64,000 bases of DNA from Candidatus Eiseniibacteriota bacterium (GCA_033853925.1 JAWOLC010000011.1:978-64977), one strand, 5' to 3'; numbered from the stretch's first letter, positions 10,919 through 20,906 are shown. Notes: a model not told the origin generated them from the sequence alone. Numbers and translations are program-made.

Positions 10919-13485
10919 CGCTCGTTCCTGGCAGGCGGCTCGGTCCCTACGAGATTCTCGGTCCGCTCGGCGCGGGCGGCATGGGCGAGGTGTGGCGCGC
11001 GCGCGACTCCCGGCTCGGGCGGGACGTGGCGATCAAGGTGTTACCCGACGAGTTCGCGCACGATCCCGCGCGACGCTCGCGCTTCGAGCGCGAGGCCAAG
11101 GCGATCGCGGCGCTCTCGCACCCGAACGTCCTCGCCCTGCACGACTTCGGCGCGGACGACGGGGCGATCTACGCGGTGATGGAGCTGCTCGAGGGCACGA
11201 CCCTGCGCGAGCGGCTGGCCGGCGGCCCGCTCTCCCCGCGCAAGGCGGTCGACTACGCGATCCAGATCGCGCACGGGCTCGCGGGGGCGCACGAGAGAGG
11301 CATCGTCCATCGCGACCTCAAGCCCGAGAACGTGCTCGTCACCCCGGACGGGCGGGTCAAGATCCTCGACTTCGGCCTGGCCCGGCTGGATCCCTACCAG
11401 AGCGACGGCGACACGCAGACGCCGACGCTCGCGGGCGCCACCCGCCCGGGGGCGGTCCTGGGCACGGTCGGCTACATGGCGCCCGAGCAGGTGCGGGGCG
11501 AGACGGCCGACGCCCGCGCGGACATCTTCTCCCTCGGGGCGCTTCTCTACGAGATGCTCTACGGCCGCCGGGCCTTCCAGCGTGACACGGCTGCCGAGAC
11601 CATGACGGCGATCCTGCGCGAGGATCCGCCGCCCCCACCCGCCGACACGAAGGTTCCCCCGGCCCTGGACCGCGTCGTGCGGGGCTGCCTGGAGAAGGCC
11701 CCCGGAGAGCGCTTCCGCTCGGCGCACGACCTGGCCTTCGCCCTGGAGATGGCCCTCGGCTCCAGCACCTCGCAGGCTGCGGCCGTGGCCGCGGCGAAGC
11801 CGCGGCGCGGCTCCCGCCTGCTGCTCGCGGGCGGCGTCGCGGTTCTCGTCCTGCTCGTGGCCGGGGCGCTCCTCGCCGGCGCGGCCCGCCGGTCCCGGCC
11901 CCTCTTCTATCGCCAGCTGACCTCCGAGCGGGGCAGCGTGGTCTCGGCGCGCTTCTCGCCCGACGGTCAGACCGTGGTGTACGGCGCCGCCTGGGTCGGC
12001 CACCCGCTCGAGCTGTTCTCCACCCGCACCGACGGCTTCGAGTCCCGCTCGCTCGAGCTGCCCTCCGGAGACATTCAGTCCATCTCCCGGACGGGCGACA
12101 TGCTCCTCCTCTCGGGGCGACGGAATCTCCAGAGCTGGATGGCCGTGGGAACGCTTGCCCGGGCCTCGTTCTCGGGGGGTGGGCAGCGGGACATCCTGGA
12201 CGGGGCCAGCGCCGCGGATCTCTCCCCCGATGGGGGGAAGACCGCGGTCGTGCATCGGGTCGGGGGCATGGATCAGCTGGAGTGCCCGCCGGGAACGCCC
12301 CTCTACCGGACCCTGGGCTGGATCGGGACGCCGCGCTTCAGCCCGAACGGCCAGCGCCTCGCCTTCATCGAGCATCCGCTGTTCGGCGACGATCGCGGCT
12401 ACCTCATGGTCGTGGACCTCGGCGGCGGCCGGCCGGCGCGGCTCACGGACGAGTACTCGAGCTTCCAGGGCCTCGCCTGGGCGGGCGGGGGCCGCGAGCT
12501 GTGGTTCACCGCCACGGCCGACAGCGACGCCTATTTCACGCTCTACGCCACCTCCGGCTCGCGCCGGACCCGAGTCGTGCTCTCGGCGCCCGTGGACCTC
12601 GTCATCCAGGACGTCAGCCCACGCGGCGTCGCCCTGCTCTCCGCGAACCAGAGCACGGGCGAGATCGCCGGGCGCTTCCCCGGGCAGGAGAGCGACCGGC
12701 TCGTGGACTTCTACGCCCAGTCCTCCACCGGCGGCCTGTCGGCTGACGGTCGCACGCTGGCGGTCACCTACGCCGGCGCGGGCAGCGGCTTCGACTACTC
12801 GGTGTGGATCATCCGTGCGGACGGCTCGCCCGCGGAGCACGTGGGCGAGGGCGCGGCGCGCGCGATCTCTCCCGACGGGAAGTGGGTGGTCACCACCTTC
12901 GCCTCGGCCCCGAGCCGACTGGAGCTGCTCTCGACGGGCACCGAGGCGTCGAGGAGCTTCGACCTCGGCGGCATCGCCCCGACGGTCAACATCGGCACGC
13001 CCATCACCTGGACCCGCGACGGCTCGGCCTTCCTCTTCACCGGGCGGACGGCGAAGAGCGGGACCCGCTCCTATCTCTTCCGCGTCGCCAAGGGCTCGGC
13101 CCGGCCGGTGACCCCCGAGAACACGAGCGACGCCCTCCTCTCGCCCGACGGGAGCGAGGTGCTGGCCCGCGACGCCGCGGGCTTCGCCCTGTGGCCGCTC
13201 GCGGGCGGCGAGCCGCGCAGGGTGCCCGCCCTGCGCGACGACGACATCCCCTTGCAGTGGGAGGCCTCGGGTGGGTCGGTCTTCGTCTGGAACGGCAGCT
13301 TCCCGGCGCACGTCGAGCGGCTGGACCTGGACACGGGTCGTCGCTCGCCGTGGACCACCATCACGCCGCCCGATCCCTCGGGCGTGCTCTACGGGAACCT
13401 GCTCCTCACCCCCGACGGGAAGTCCTACGTCTACCGCTACCGCCGCTGGCTCTCGAATCTCTTCGTCGTGAGGGGATTGCACTGA
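10915..13485 (+). CDS. Ser/Thr protein kinase fused to TolB-like PD40 beta-propeller (paralog 3, more divergent)
   Basis: ATG at 10915 overlaps the upstream stop (ATGA). Motifs [40 protein letters not shown] segment follows ([22 protein letters not shown]), then PD40-like repeats. Confidence 0.9.
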   Translation: MTLVPGRRLGPYEILGPLGAGGMGEVWRARDSRLGRDVAIKVLPDEFAHDPARRSRFEREAKAIAALSHPNVLALHDFGADDGAIYAVMELLEGTTLRERLAGGPLSPRKAVDYAIQIAHGLAGAHERGIVHRDLKPENVLVTPDGRVKILDFGLARLDPYQSDGDTQTPTLAGATRPGAVLGTVGYMAPEQVRGETADARADIFSLGALLYEMLYGRRAFQRDTAAETMTAILREDPPPPPADTKVPPALDRVVRGCLEKAPGERFRSAHDLAFALEMALGSSTSQAAAVAAAKPRRGSRLLLAGGVAVLVLLVAGALLAGAARRSRPLFYRQLTSERGSVVSARFSPDGQTVVYGAAWVGHPLELFSTRTDGFESRSLELPSGDIQSISRTGDMLLLSGRRNLQSWMAVGTLARASFSGGGQRDILDGASAADLSPDGGKTAVVHRVGGMDQLECPPGTPLYRTLGWIGTPRFSPNGQRLAFIEHPLFGDDRGYLMVVDLGGGRPARLTDEYSSFQGLAWAGGGRELWFTATADSDAYFTLYATSGSRRTRVVLSAPVDLVIQDVSPRGVALLSANQSTGEIAGRFPGQESDRLVDFYAQSSTGGLSADGRTLAVTYAGAGSGFDYSVWIIRADGSPAEHVGEGAARAISPDGKWVVTTFASAPSRLELLSTGTEASRSFDLGGIAPTVNIGTPITWTRDGSAFLFTGRTAKSGTRSYLFRVAKGSARPVTPENTSDALLSPDGSEVLARDAAGFALWPLAGGEPRRVPALRDDDIPLQWEASGGSVFVWNGSFPAHVERLDLDTGRRSPWTTITPPDPSGVLYGNLLLTPDGKSYVYRYRRWLSNLFVVRGLH

Positions 13486-13600
13486 CGGAAGCGGCGCGCC
13501 CGGCGCCGCCGGACCCGGCCGTGGAGGCTGCGCGCCCGCGGGGCGGGGTGCCGCTCGCTCGCTTGGCGCGCGACCGCGCCCGTCTGGTAGGCTTTCCCGC

Positions 13601-14965
13601 ATGCGCTCTCACCTGCTCGCGGTCTGGTTGCTCGCGCTCGCCGGCGGCCTGGCGGCCGCCCCTTCGCCGGCGGCCGCGGTCCCGGCACCCTCCGCCTCCC
13701 TGCGGATGGTCCTTCCCTTCCTCTCCGACGATTACACCAAGGCGCTCGCCGAGGCGCGGGCGCGCCAGGTGCCGCTCTTCATCGAAGCCTGGGCGCCCTG
13801 GTGACACACCTGCCGGTCGATGAGGGCCTACGTCTTCACGGACTCGACCCTCACGCGGCACGCCGGACGGTTCGTCTGGCTCGAGCTGGACACGGAGAAG
13901 GCGAAGAACGCGGCCCTGAAGAAGAAGCTGGGGGTGGCGGCCCTGCCCACTTATTTCGTCCTGGACCCGGCGGACGAGAAGGTGCCCTTGCGCTGGACGG
14001 GTGCCTTCACCGTCGCCCAGCTGGATCGCCTGCTGGATGACGGCTCCGCCGCGGTGAGCGGCCGCCGGGGCACGGGGCTCGCGGACGCCGCGCTGGCCCG
14101 GGCCGACAGCGCCAACGGCGCCGGCGACTACGCCGGCGCGGCGACCGCCTATCGCCAGGCGCTGGCGGCCGCGCCCGCCGGTTGGCCGCCGTACGCTCGC
14201 GCGGTGGACGCGGCGCTGTTCGCGCTCTCGAGCGCCGAGAGCAACGAGGCGGCGGCGCGGCTGGCGCGCGACGCGTTCCCGCGGCTGGCGAGCACACCCT
14301 CGGCCGCCAGCGTGGCCGCGAGCGGGCTGGAGGCGGCGCTCGGACTGCCGCGGTCCCACCCGCAGCGCCGGGAGCTGATCGGGGCCATGGAGGCCGACGC
14401 GCGCGCCGTCCTCGCCGACAGCACCCTGGCGATCGCGGCCGACGACCGCTCCGGCCTCTACATCGATCTCATCAGCGCGCGCAAGGACGTGGTGGACCTG
14501 GGCGGCGCCCACGCGCTGGCGTTGGCCTGGGCGGCATTCCTCGAGCGCCAGGCGGCCGCGGCTCGCACGCCCGAGCAGCGCACGGTCTTCGATTCGCACC
14601 GGCTCTCCGCCTATCTGGAGCTGGGAACTCCGGAGAAGGCGATCCCCATGTTGCAGGCCTCCGAGCGCGACCTGCCCGACGACTACAACCCGCCGGCGCG
14701 CCTGGCGGTGACGTACCTGGCGCTGAAGCGCTGGGACGACGCGCTGGCGGCGTCGGATCGCGCGCTGGCCCGCGCGTACGGCCCGCGCAAGCTCGCGCTC
14801 CTCGCGACCCGCGCCGACATCTACGCGGGGAAGGGCGACGCGCCGGCGGCGCGCAAGACGCTCGAGGAGGCGATCGCGCTCGCGACCTCGCTGCCGCCCG
14901 GCCAGCAGTCCGAGAGCACCCTCGCGTCGCTCAAGCGGAAGCTCGACGCGATCAAGCCGTCCTGA
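13601..14965 (+). CDS. Exported thioredoxin-fold (Thioredoxin_7-like) protein with C-terminal TPR-like domain. It carries an in-frame TGA at 13802-13804 exactly at the first position of the CxxC motif, making it a candidate selenoprotein (UxxC)
   Basis: The ORFs 13601..13804 and 13820..14965 are in the same frame (219 nt apart). The 15 nt between them also read open (HTCRS). Read-through gives a signal peptide followed by ...VPLFIEAWAPW-[TGA]-HTCRSMRAYVFTDSTLTRHAGRFVWLELDTEKAKNAALKKKLGVAALPTYFVLDP... This is a complete thioredoxin fold with W-x-x-C and a cis-Pro PTYFVLD loop, followed by about 300 aa of TPR-like helices. Confidence 0.7.
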
Positions 14966-16055
14966 CGCCGCCGAACAGGTGCATCCAGAGGAAGTCCACC
15001 GCGGCATGGGTGAGCGCCGAGGCGGTCGCCCGGCGCGTGCGCATCCACACCCATCCGTACGCGAGCCCCGCCAGCGTGGCGAGCAGGGCGTAACGCAGGT
15101 CGGGTCGCGGCGGCTCGTCCAGATGCGCCGCGCCGAAGACGAGCGAGGCGAGAGCCAGGGCGGCCGCCCGCCCGCCGCGGCCCGGCCAGGAGCGCTCGAG
15201 GAAGTTCTGGATCAGGCCGCGGAAGAGCACCTCCTCCGGGCAGGCGACGCCCAGGTAGATCGCCAGCGCGCTCACCGCCCGCTCGAGCGGGCCCAGGTGC
15301 GGCCCGCCCGGGCGGATGAAGCCGCTGGCGAGGCCGAGAGGGATGGCCAGCGCGGCGAAGGCCGCGAGGCCGACCGCGGCGTGAGCGAGGTCCCGGCGGC
15401 TCAAGGCGAAGGTGTAGCCCACCCGGGGCACGTGCGCCTGGACCACGAAGACCAGCAAGCCGAGAGCGAAGAGCGCGAGGTGCGTGGCGTCGAAGGCCTG
15501 CGCGGCGCCGGCGGGAAGGCGCAGGCCGCCCACGAGCCGGAACTCCGCGGGCAGCCAGAAGACGAGCAGCGCGGCGAGGAAGGGGAGCCGGGCGGGAAAC
15601 GCGGGCGGGCCTGGCCGGCTCGGATCCGCGAGGGGGACGGCGGACGCGGGGCGCAGCCCCCCGCCGACGACGATCACGGCGATGCCGTAGACGGCGAGCC
15701 GGAGCAGCTCCGCGGGCACGAGCGCGTGGCACGCCGCCGCGTAGCCCGCGTAGGCGAGCAGCGCTAGGATCCACAGCCCCCCCGAGCGCAGCCGGGGCGC
15801 AGGCGCCAGCCAGGCGCGCAGGCCGGCGCGCCAGGGGCGAACCGAGAGCAGGACGCAGGGGATGAAGAAGAGCGCGAAGGCGGCGCCAGCGGCCGCCGCG
15901 GCCGCGGCTCCGGCGCCGCTTCGCCGGGCGAAGAGCGCGAAGGCGCCGAGCCCCGACGCGGCGAGCGCCAGGGCGATGGCGGCCTCGCGAGGCGCGCGCG
16001 ACCCCGGTGCCTGGGCTGCGCTCGAGCCCGTGGGGTTCGTGGCGCTCGTGCTCAT
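14952..16055 (-). CDS. CPBP-family intramembrane metalloprotease (CAAX protease/bacteriocin-processing type)
   Basis: All three CPBP motifs in the C-terminal half: EEVLFRG (EExxxR), FGAAHL (FxxxH) and HAAVDF (HxxxD). Multiple TM helices. Start taken at the only in-frame ATG (MSTSATN, 16053-16055). The upstream part of the listed ORF is junk. Start position is uncertain. Confidence 0.65.
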   Translation of the reverse strand: MSTSATNPTGSSAAQAPGSRAPREAAIALALAASGLGAFALFARRSGAGAAAAAAAGAAFALFFIPCVLLSVRPWRAGLRAWLAPAPRLRSGGLWILALLAYAGYAAACHALVPAELLRLAVYGIAVIVVGGGLRPASAVPLADPSRPGPPAFPARLPFLAALLVFWLPAEFRLVGGLRLPAGAAQAFDATHLALFALGLLVFVVQAHVPRVGYTFALSRRDLAHAAVGLAAFAALAIPLGLASGFIRPGGPHLGPLERAVSALAIYLGVACPEEVLFRGLIQNFLERSWPGRGGRAAALALASLVFGAAHLDEPPRPDLRYALLATLAGLAYGWVWMRTRRATASALTHAAVDFLWMHLFGGVRTA

Positions 16056-16635
16056 GTTCGAGTGGCTCGTGGCTCCGCGCGCGCCGGCGCCGGTCGTCGT
16101 CGCGGCGCTGGCGCTCCTCGCTCTGCTCCCGGTGGGCTCGAGCCGGCTGCACGGAGACGGGCTCCGGGATCTGGGCTTCCGCCGGGACAACCTCGCCCGC
16201 GCGGCCCGGGAGGCCGGGCTGGCCACCGCCTCCCTGGCCGTGGTCGTGCTCGTCCTCAGCGCGCTCTCGCGGAACGGGCTTCACCTGCGACCCGGGATCG
16301 CGCTGGCCCTCGCGGGCTATCCCTTCTGGGGGCTGGCGCAGCAGTATACGCTCCAGGGGTTCGCCTATCGCCGGCTGCGGGCGGGCCTCGGCTCCGCGCG
16401 CGCGGCGGCGCTCGTCGCCGCGCTTCTCTTCGGCGCCGTCCACTTCCCCAACCCGGCGCTCCTCGTGAGCACCGCGCTCGCGGGCTACGTGTGGTGCCGG
16501 CTCTACGAGCGTGAGCCGAACCTCTACGCGCTGGCGCTCTCGCACGCGTTGCTGGCGGCGCTCCTCCTCGCGGCGCTGCCCCGCGGGTGGCTCCATACGC
16601 TGCGCGTGGGGCCGGGCTACTGGCTGCACCTCTGA
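15862..16635 (+). CDS. CPBP-like membrane protein with degenerate catalytic motifs (possible inactive paralog)
   Basis: TM helices plus FGAVHF (FxxxH). The EExxxR position reads QQYTLQG and the third motif reads HALLA (no N/D). MKKSAKA looks like a genuine N-terminus. An alternative ATG at 16054 overlaps the minus-strand start codon. The 5' end is ambiguous. Confidence 0.45.
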   Translation: MKKSAKAAPAAAAAAAPAPLRRAKSAKAPSPDAASARAMAASRGARDPGAWAALEPVGFVALVLMFEWLVAPRAPAPVVVAALALLALLPVGSSRLHGDGLRDLGFRRDNLARAAREAGLATASLAVVVLVLSALSRNGLHLRPGIALALAGYPFWGLAQQYTLQGFAYRRLRAGLGSARAAALVAALLFGAVHFPNPALLVSTALAGYVWCRLYEREPNLYALALSHALLAALLLAALPRGWLHTLRVGPGYWLHL

Positions 16636-16653
16636 GCCCGCGGGGGGGCGCGC

Positions 16654-17685
16654 TCAGCGCGGCCGGTCGCCCGCGAGGGGACGGCGCGTGCGCACGGCCT
16701 CGACCACGTCCCGGACGGCCGCGACGACCTCCTTGGCGTAGCGGGGATCGGCGACGATCGAGCCGTGGCTCGCCCCGACCACGACGCGCTGCACGCCGTC
16801 CGTGGAGAGCGCCGCATTCCGCCCCTGGAAGCGCGCCCAGGCTCCCCAGCGCCGCGCGCTCCGTCCGGCGGTCAGGACCACGACCGGGCGCGAGCCCAGC
16901 CCGTCGAGCCGGCCCACCTCTCGATTCGTGAGCGGCGCCCACGCCCGCAGCTCGGCCACGATGCCCCGCCACTGCGGGGCCGAGGACATGAAAGCCCTCT
17001 GCTCGGCGCGATCGCGCGGCGGGAGCTGGTCGATGTCCGTGGGGAGGAAGAGGAGCGCCGCCCGCATCACGCCGATCCGCGCGAGGAACGGCGCCGCGGG
17101 CAGCGACGCGGCGAGCGGGCCCAGCCAGCGCGGCCCGCGTCGCCGAGGGCCGCCGAACTGGGCGGGGTGCGAGGACTCCACGAGCACGAGCCCGGCGACC
17201 TCCGCGGGATAGAGGTGCGTGAACATGCGCGCGATCAGCCCTCCGTACGAATGGCCGACGTACACGTACGGTCCGGAGAGGCCCGCGCTCGCCAGCGCCG
17301 CGTGCAGCTCCGTCGCCAGGCGGCGAGTGTCGCGGGGCAGGGGACCGGGATCGCTCCAGCCCAGCCCCGCGCGATCGTAGGCCACGACGGGGGCGAACAC
17401 GGCCACCGCCGGCTCCACCCAGCCCCAGCTCGCGGAGGTGGCGCCGCCGATGCCCGACTCCAGGATCACGACCGGGCCGCGTTGCCCGACGCCGCTCACC
17501 ACCACGTGGAGCCGGTGTCCTCCCGCGTCCACGAGGCGACCCACGAAGGGAATCGCCCGCCGGTCGAGCCGCTCCGCGATTGCCTCCCAGATCGCGCCCG
17601 CCAGGGCCAGGGCGACGAGACCGAGGCCGAGGCCGGCGACGAGGCGGCCGCTGCGGACCAGCCAGCGCGGCGAAGACAGGCTCAT
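16654..17685 (-). CDS. Membrane-anchored alpha/beta hydrolase
   Basis: N-terminal TM anchor. Nucleophile elbow GHSYGG. Oxyanion-hole region VVILESGIGG. Confidence 0.8.
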   Translation of the reverse strand: MSLSSPRWLVRSGRLVAGLGLGLVALALAGAIWEAIAERLDRRAIPFVGRLVDAGGHRLHVVVSGVGQRGPVVILESGIGGATSASWGWVEPAVAVFAPVVAYDRAGLGWSDPGPLPRDTRRLATELHAALASAGLSGPYVYVGHSYGGLIARMFTHLYPAEVAGLVLVESSHPAQFGGPRRRGPRWLGPLAASLPAAPFLARIGVMRAALLFLPTDIDQLPPRDRAEQRAFMSSAPQWRGIVAELRAWAPLTNREVGRLDGLGSRPVVVLTAGRSARRWGAWARFQGRNAALSTDGVQRVVVGASHGSIVADPRYAKEVVAAVRDVVEAVRTRRPLAGDRPR

Positions 17686-17990
17686 TCAGGCTCCAGGGCG
17701 AAGCAGGCACGGGCCCGTGGCCCGAGAGGAGGCACCCGGGAAGGCGTCCACAGAACTCACTGCCGGCCAGGAAGCTGGCGTATTCGCTTCGAGTTGATCG
17801 TCAAGGCCGTGCACATCGCCTCTCCGGGGCGAGGCCCCATCGAGTTCGCTCCGCTCCAGCCGACACTACCTTGAGACGAGGTCGGGTCGGCCGGGGATCC
17901 TCCGGCTCCGACGTGCCCGGCAGGCGGGGTGGTCCCGGATCGCGCTCCCCTGCGAACAGGCTCTCGTCCTCGAAGAGGGGAAGGACCTCG

Positions 17991-18913
17991 GTGGACACGT
18001 TCATCGCCCGGCAACCGATCCTGGACCGTGAGCTCGGCGTCTACGCCTACGAGCTTCTCTTTCGCACTGGGTTCAAGGAGTACTTCGACTGCGCGGACCG
18101 CGACCATGCCTCGTCGCGCGTGATCGCGGACAGCCTGTTCCTTCCCCGCCTCGACGCGATCGCGCGCGGCCGACCTGCCTTCATCAACATCACCCGCGAC
18201 GTGCTCGTGCGCAATCTGATCGAGGTCCTGCCCCCGGCCACGACGGTGGCCGAGATCACCGAGGACGTGGAGCCGGGCCGGGAGGTGCTCTCGGCCTGCC
18301 AGCGTCTGCACGACAGGGGCTACAGGCTGGCCCTCGACGACTTCAAAGCGGCTCGCGCCGGGACTCGTGGCTCGAGCGCGTGGACATCGTCAAGGTGGAC
18401 ATGCTGCCCACCCGGGCGCCGTTCCGCGCCGCGCTGGCTCGCCGGGTCCGGGCCGGCGGGCCGCTCCTGCTGGCCGAGAAGGTGGAGTCGCAGAAGGTCT
18501 ATCGCGACGCCCATGGGCTGGGGTTCGGCCTCTTCCAGGGCTTCTTCTTCGAGCGGCCGACGGTGGTGCCCGGGCGCGACATCCCCGCCTCGCGCCTGCA
18601 CCGGATCGAGCTGCTGCGCGAGATCCACAAGCCCGGCCTGGACTTCGCCGCCATCGCCGAGATCATCGAGCGTGAGGTCGGCCTCTCCTGCAAGCTCATG
18701 CGCTACCTCAACTCGGCCTTCTTCGGCTGGCGAGGTCCGGTCTCCTCGATCCACCACGCCCTGATGCTGCTCGGCGAGTCGGACTGGGCGGCCGTCTCGG
18801 CGCTGGCGGCGCGGCTGGCCGTGGACGAGGGGAGCGTGCCGGACCTCTACGTCGAGGCCCTGGAGTGGCTCGACGAGGGCGCCCCGTTCCTGGCCGGCAA
18901 CCGCGCCGCGTAG
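17991..18913 (+). pseudogene. EAL-HDOD (YuxH-type) c-di-GMP signalling protein interrupted by a +1/-1 frameshift near 18345-18348. It is either a pseudogene or a sequencing error at an A-run
   Basis: GTG start at 17991 with GAGGGGA upstream. N-terminus (V)DTFIARQPILDRELGVYAYELLFR, EITE motif and ...RLALDDF in frame A. The continuation ...DSWLERVDIVKVDMLP..., the EAL C-terminus and the HDOD domain (LMRYLNSAFFG..., HHALMLLGESDW) run to 18913 in frame B. The switch sits at ttcAAAgcg (18343-18350). Confidence 0.6.
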
Positions 18914-18957
18914 CGCAGGGCGGGCGGCTGGCTCCTCGCGGCTTCCCCCGCGGAGGC

Positions 18958-19881
18958 TCACCAGCCGCCGGCGCTCGGGGGCGCGAGCCGAGGAGCGGCC
19001 CGCGCGGCCACGACGATCCCCGCGAGGATGAGGAGGGCGCCGGCCAGCTCGAGCGCGCTCGGGATCTCGCGCAGCACGACCCAGGCCAGCGCCGTGGAGC
19101 CCACGGGCTCACCCAGCAGAACGATCGCCACGAAGGAGGCGGGCAGATAGCGCAGCGCCCAGTTGAAGCTGGAGTGACCGAGGAGCTGGGGCACGAGCGC
19201 GAGCAGGACGAGCCACACCCAGACTCGGGGCGGGAGGCTGGAGAAGCTCAGGCCGGAGAGGGCCATGAGGAGGAGGAGCACCAGGGCCGCCATGCCGTAC
19301 ACCACGAAGACGTAGGGCACGAGCGTGAGGGCTCCGCGCAGGCGGCGCCCCACGAGCAGGTAGCCGGTCATCATCCACGCGCCCGAGAGCGCGAGGAGGT
19401 CGCCCAGCCAGGCGCCGCCCCGGCCGTGAGCGAGGCCGCTCGCCGCCCGGCCGCCGCCCGTGCCGACGATGACGCCGCCCGCCAGGGCGATCAGGATGCC
19501 GATCGCGGCCGCGCGCGTCAGGGGCTCGCGCAGGACGACCGGAGCCAGCAGCGCCACCCAGAGAGGCGTGGTCGTGACCAGCACCACCGAGCTGGCCACC
19601 GTCGTGCGCTCGAGCGAGGCGATCCACAGGGCGAAGTGAAGGGCGAGAAAGAGGCCGGCCGCCAGCGCCAGCAACAGGTCGCGAGCGCGCAGCCGGGCGA
19701 GCGCGGGGCGGTCGCGGGTGAGCGCCAGCGGCGCGAGCGCCACGGTGGCGAGCGCGAGCCGGCCGGCGGCGATCGTGAGCGAGGGGGCGTCGTGCTGGGC
19801 GAAGCGGACGAAGATGGAGGCGGTCGAGACGGCCAGGATGCCGAGGGCCAGCACGGGCAGCGAGAGCCGACGCGGGTCCAC
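18958..19881 (-). CDS. EamA/DMT-family transporter (10 TM)
   Basis: Two EamA-like halves; strongly hydrophobic throughout. Confidence 0.8.
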   Translation of the reverse strand: MDPRRLSLPVLALGILAVSTASIFVRFAQHDAPSLTIAAGRLALATVALAPLALTRDRPALARLRARDLLLALAAGLFLALHFALWIASLERTTVASSVVLVTTTPLWVALLAPVVLREPLTRAAAIGILIALAGGVIVGTGGGRAASGLAHGRGGAWLGDLLALSGAWMMTGYLLVGRRLRGALTLVPYVFVVYGMAALVLLLLMALSGLSFSSLPPRVWVWLVLLALVPQLLGHSSFNWALRYLPASFVAIVLLGEPVGSTALAWVVLREIPSALELAGALLILAGIVVAARAAPRLAPPSAGGW

Positions 19882-20234
19882 GCCTCACCTCAGCAGCGAA
19901 TCGCGCAGCGCCGGCCAGAGGCAGGGATGGTCGCACCGCCTCGCCCAGCCGAAGTCGCCCGCGTGCGCGGGCGCGAGCTCCCGGGAGGGAAGCGGGCCGC
20001 GCGCGGGCTCGACGCCGGCGAGGCGGCGAAGCGAGACCCTGTGCGGGCGGCGGGGTGTCACCCGCGGATTATCGGCGATTTGCCCGGGCCGAGAAAGCGA
20101 GCGGGCCGCGCCCGTGCGCACCGCGTGGGCGCGCGAGGGCCGGTCCGCGCCGGCTCGCGCGCCCTCGAGGGCGGATGTACGATGCCTGCCGTTTCCCGCA
20201 CGCTTCTCGTCTTCGCCGCATGGGAGGGCCTCGG

Positions 20235-20906
20235 ATGAAGCGGATCCTGGTTCCGGCCGCGCTCGTCGGACTCGCGATCTACGTCCTCGCCGGCTGCGCC
20301 GGCCGGAAGACGGAGCCCGAGCGGTCGAGCGGCTCGTCGGGCATCGCCAGCGCTCACGGCTCCATGGGCGCCGGCCTCGACACCTCGGGCTCGCCGCGCG
20401 CCGGGACCCCCGCGTCCCCTTCGATCCAGGCGCAGACGGGAGGCTCACCCACGGCGGCCGCCGGCTTGCGCTGGCGTCTGCCCGCGCGCTGGATCGTCCA
20501 GCCCGACCGGCCCATGCGCGTGGCGACCTACGCGATCGCGCCCGTGCGCGGCGACTCGGGGGGCGCCGAGTGCGCCGTCTACTATTTCGGCCCCCACCAA
20601 GGCGGTGACGTGGACGCCAACTTCCAGCGCTGGACCCAGCAGTTCCAGCCCGCGACCGCGTCGCGGCGCTCGAGCCGGCGGGTGAGCGGTCTCGAGGTGA
20701 GCCTGCTCCAGGTGAGCGGCACGTACACGGCGCCCGGCGGACCGATGATGCAGTCGCAGGGGAGCAAGACGGGCTGGCGCCTGCTCGGGGCGATCGTGGG
20801 CGGGCCGCAGGGGTCCGTGTTCTTCAAGCTCACCGGCCCCGAGAAGACGGTGGCGATGGCCGCGTCGAGCTTCGACGAGCTGATCGGCTCGCTGCGCAGG
20901 GAGTGA
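20235..20906 (+). CDS. Lipoprotein of unknown function
   Basis: Start MKRILVPAALVGLAIYVLAGC (lipobox LAGC) preceded by GGGAGG. The 60 codons upstream in the listed ORF are junk. Confidence 0.7.
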   Translation: MKRILVPAALVGLAIYVLAGCAGRKTEPERSSGSSGIASAHGSMGAGLDTSGSPRAGTPASPSIQAQTGGSPTAAAGLRWRLPARWIVQPDRPMRVATYAIAPVRGDSGGAECAVYYFGPHQGGDVDANFQRWTQQFQPATASRRSSRRVSGLEVSLLQVSGTYTAPGGPMMQSQGSKTGWRLLGAIVGGPQGSVFFKLTGPEKTVAMAASSFDELIGSLRRE

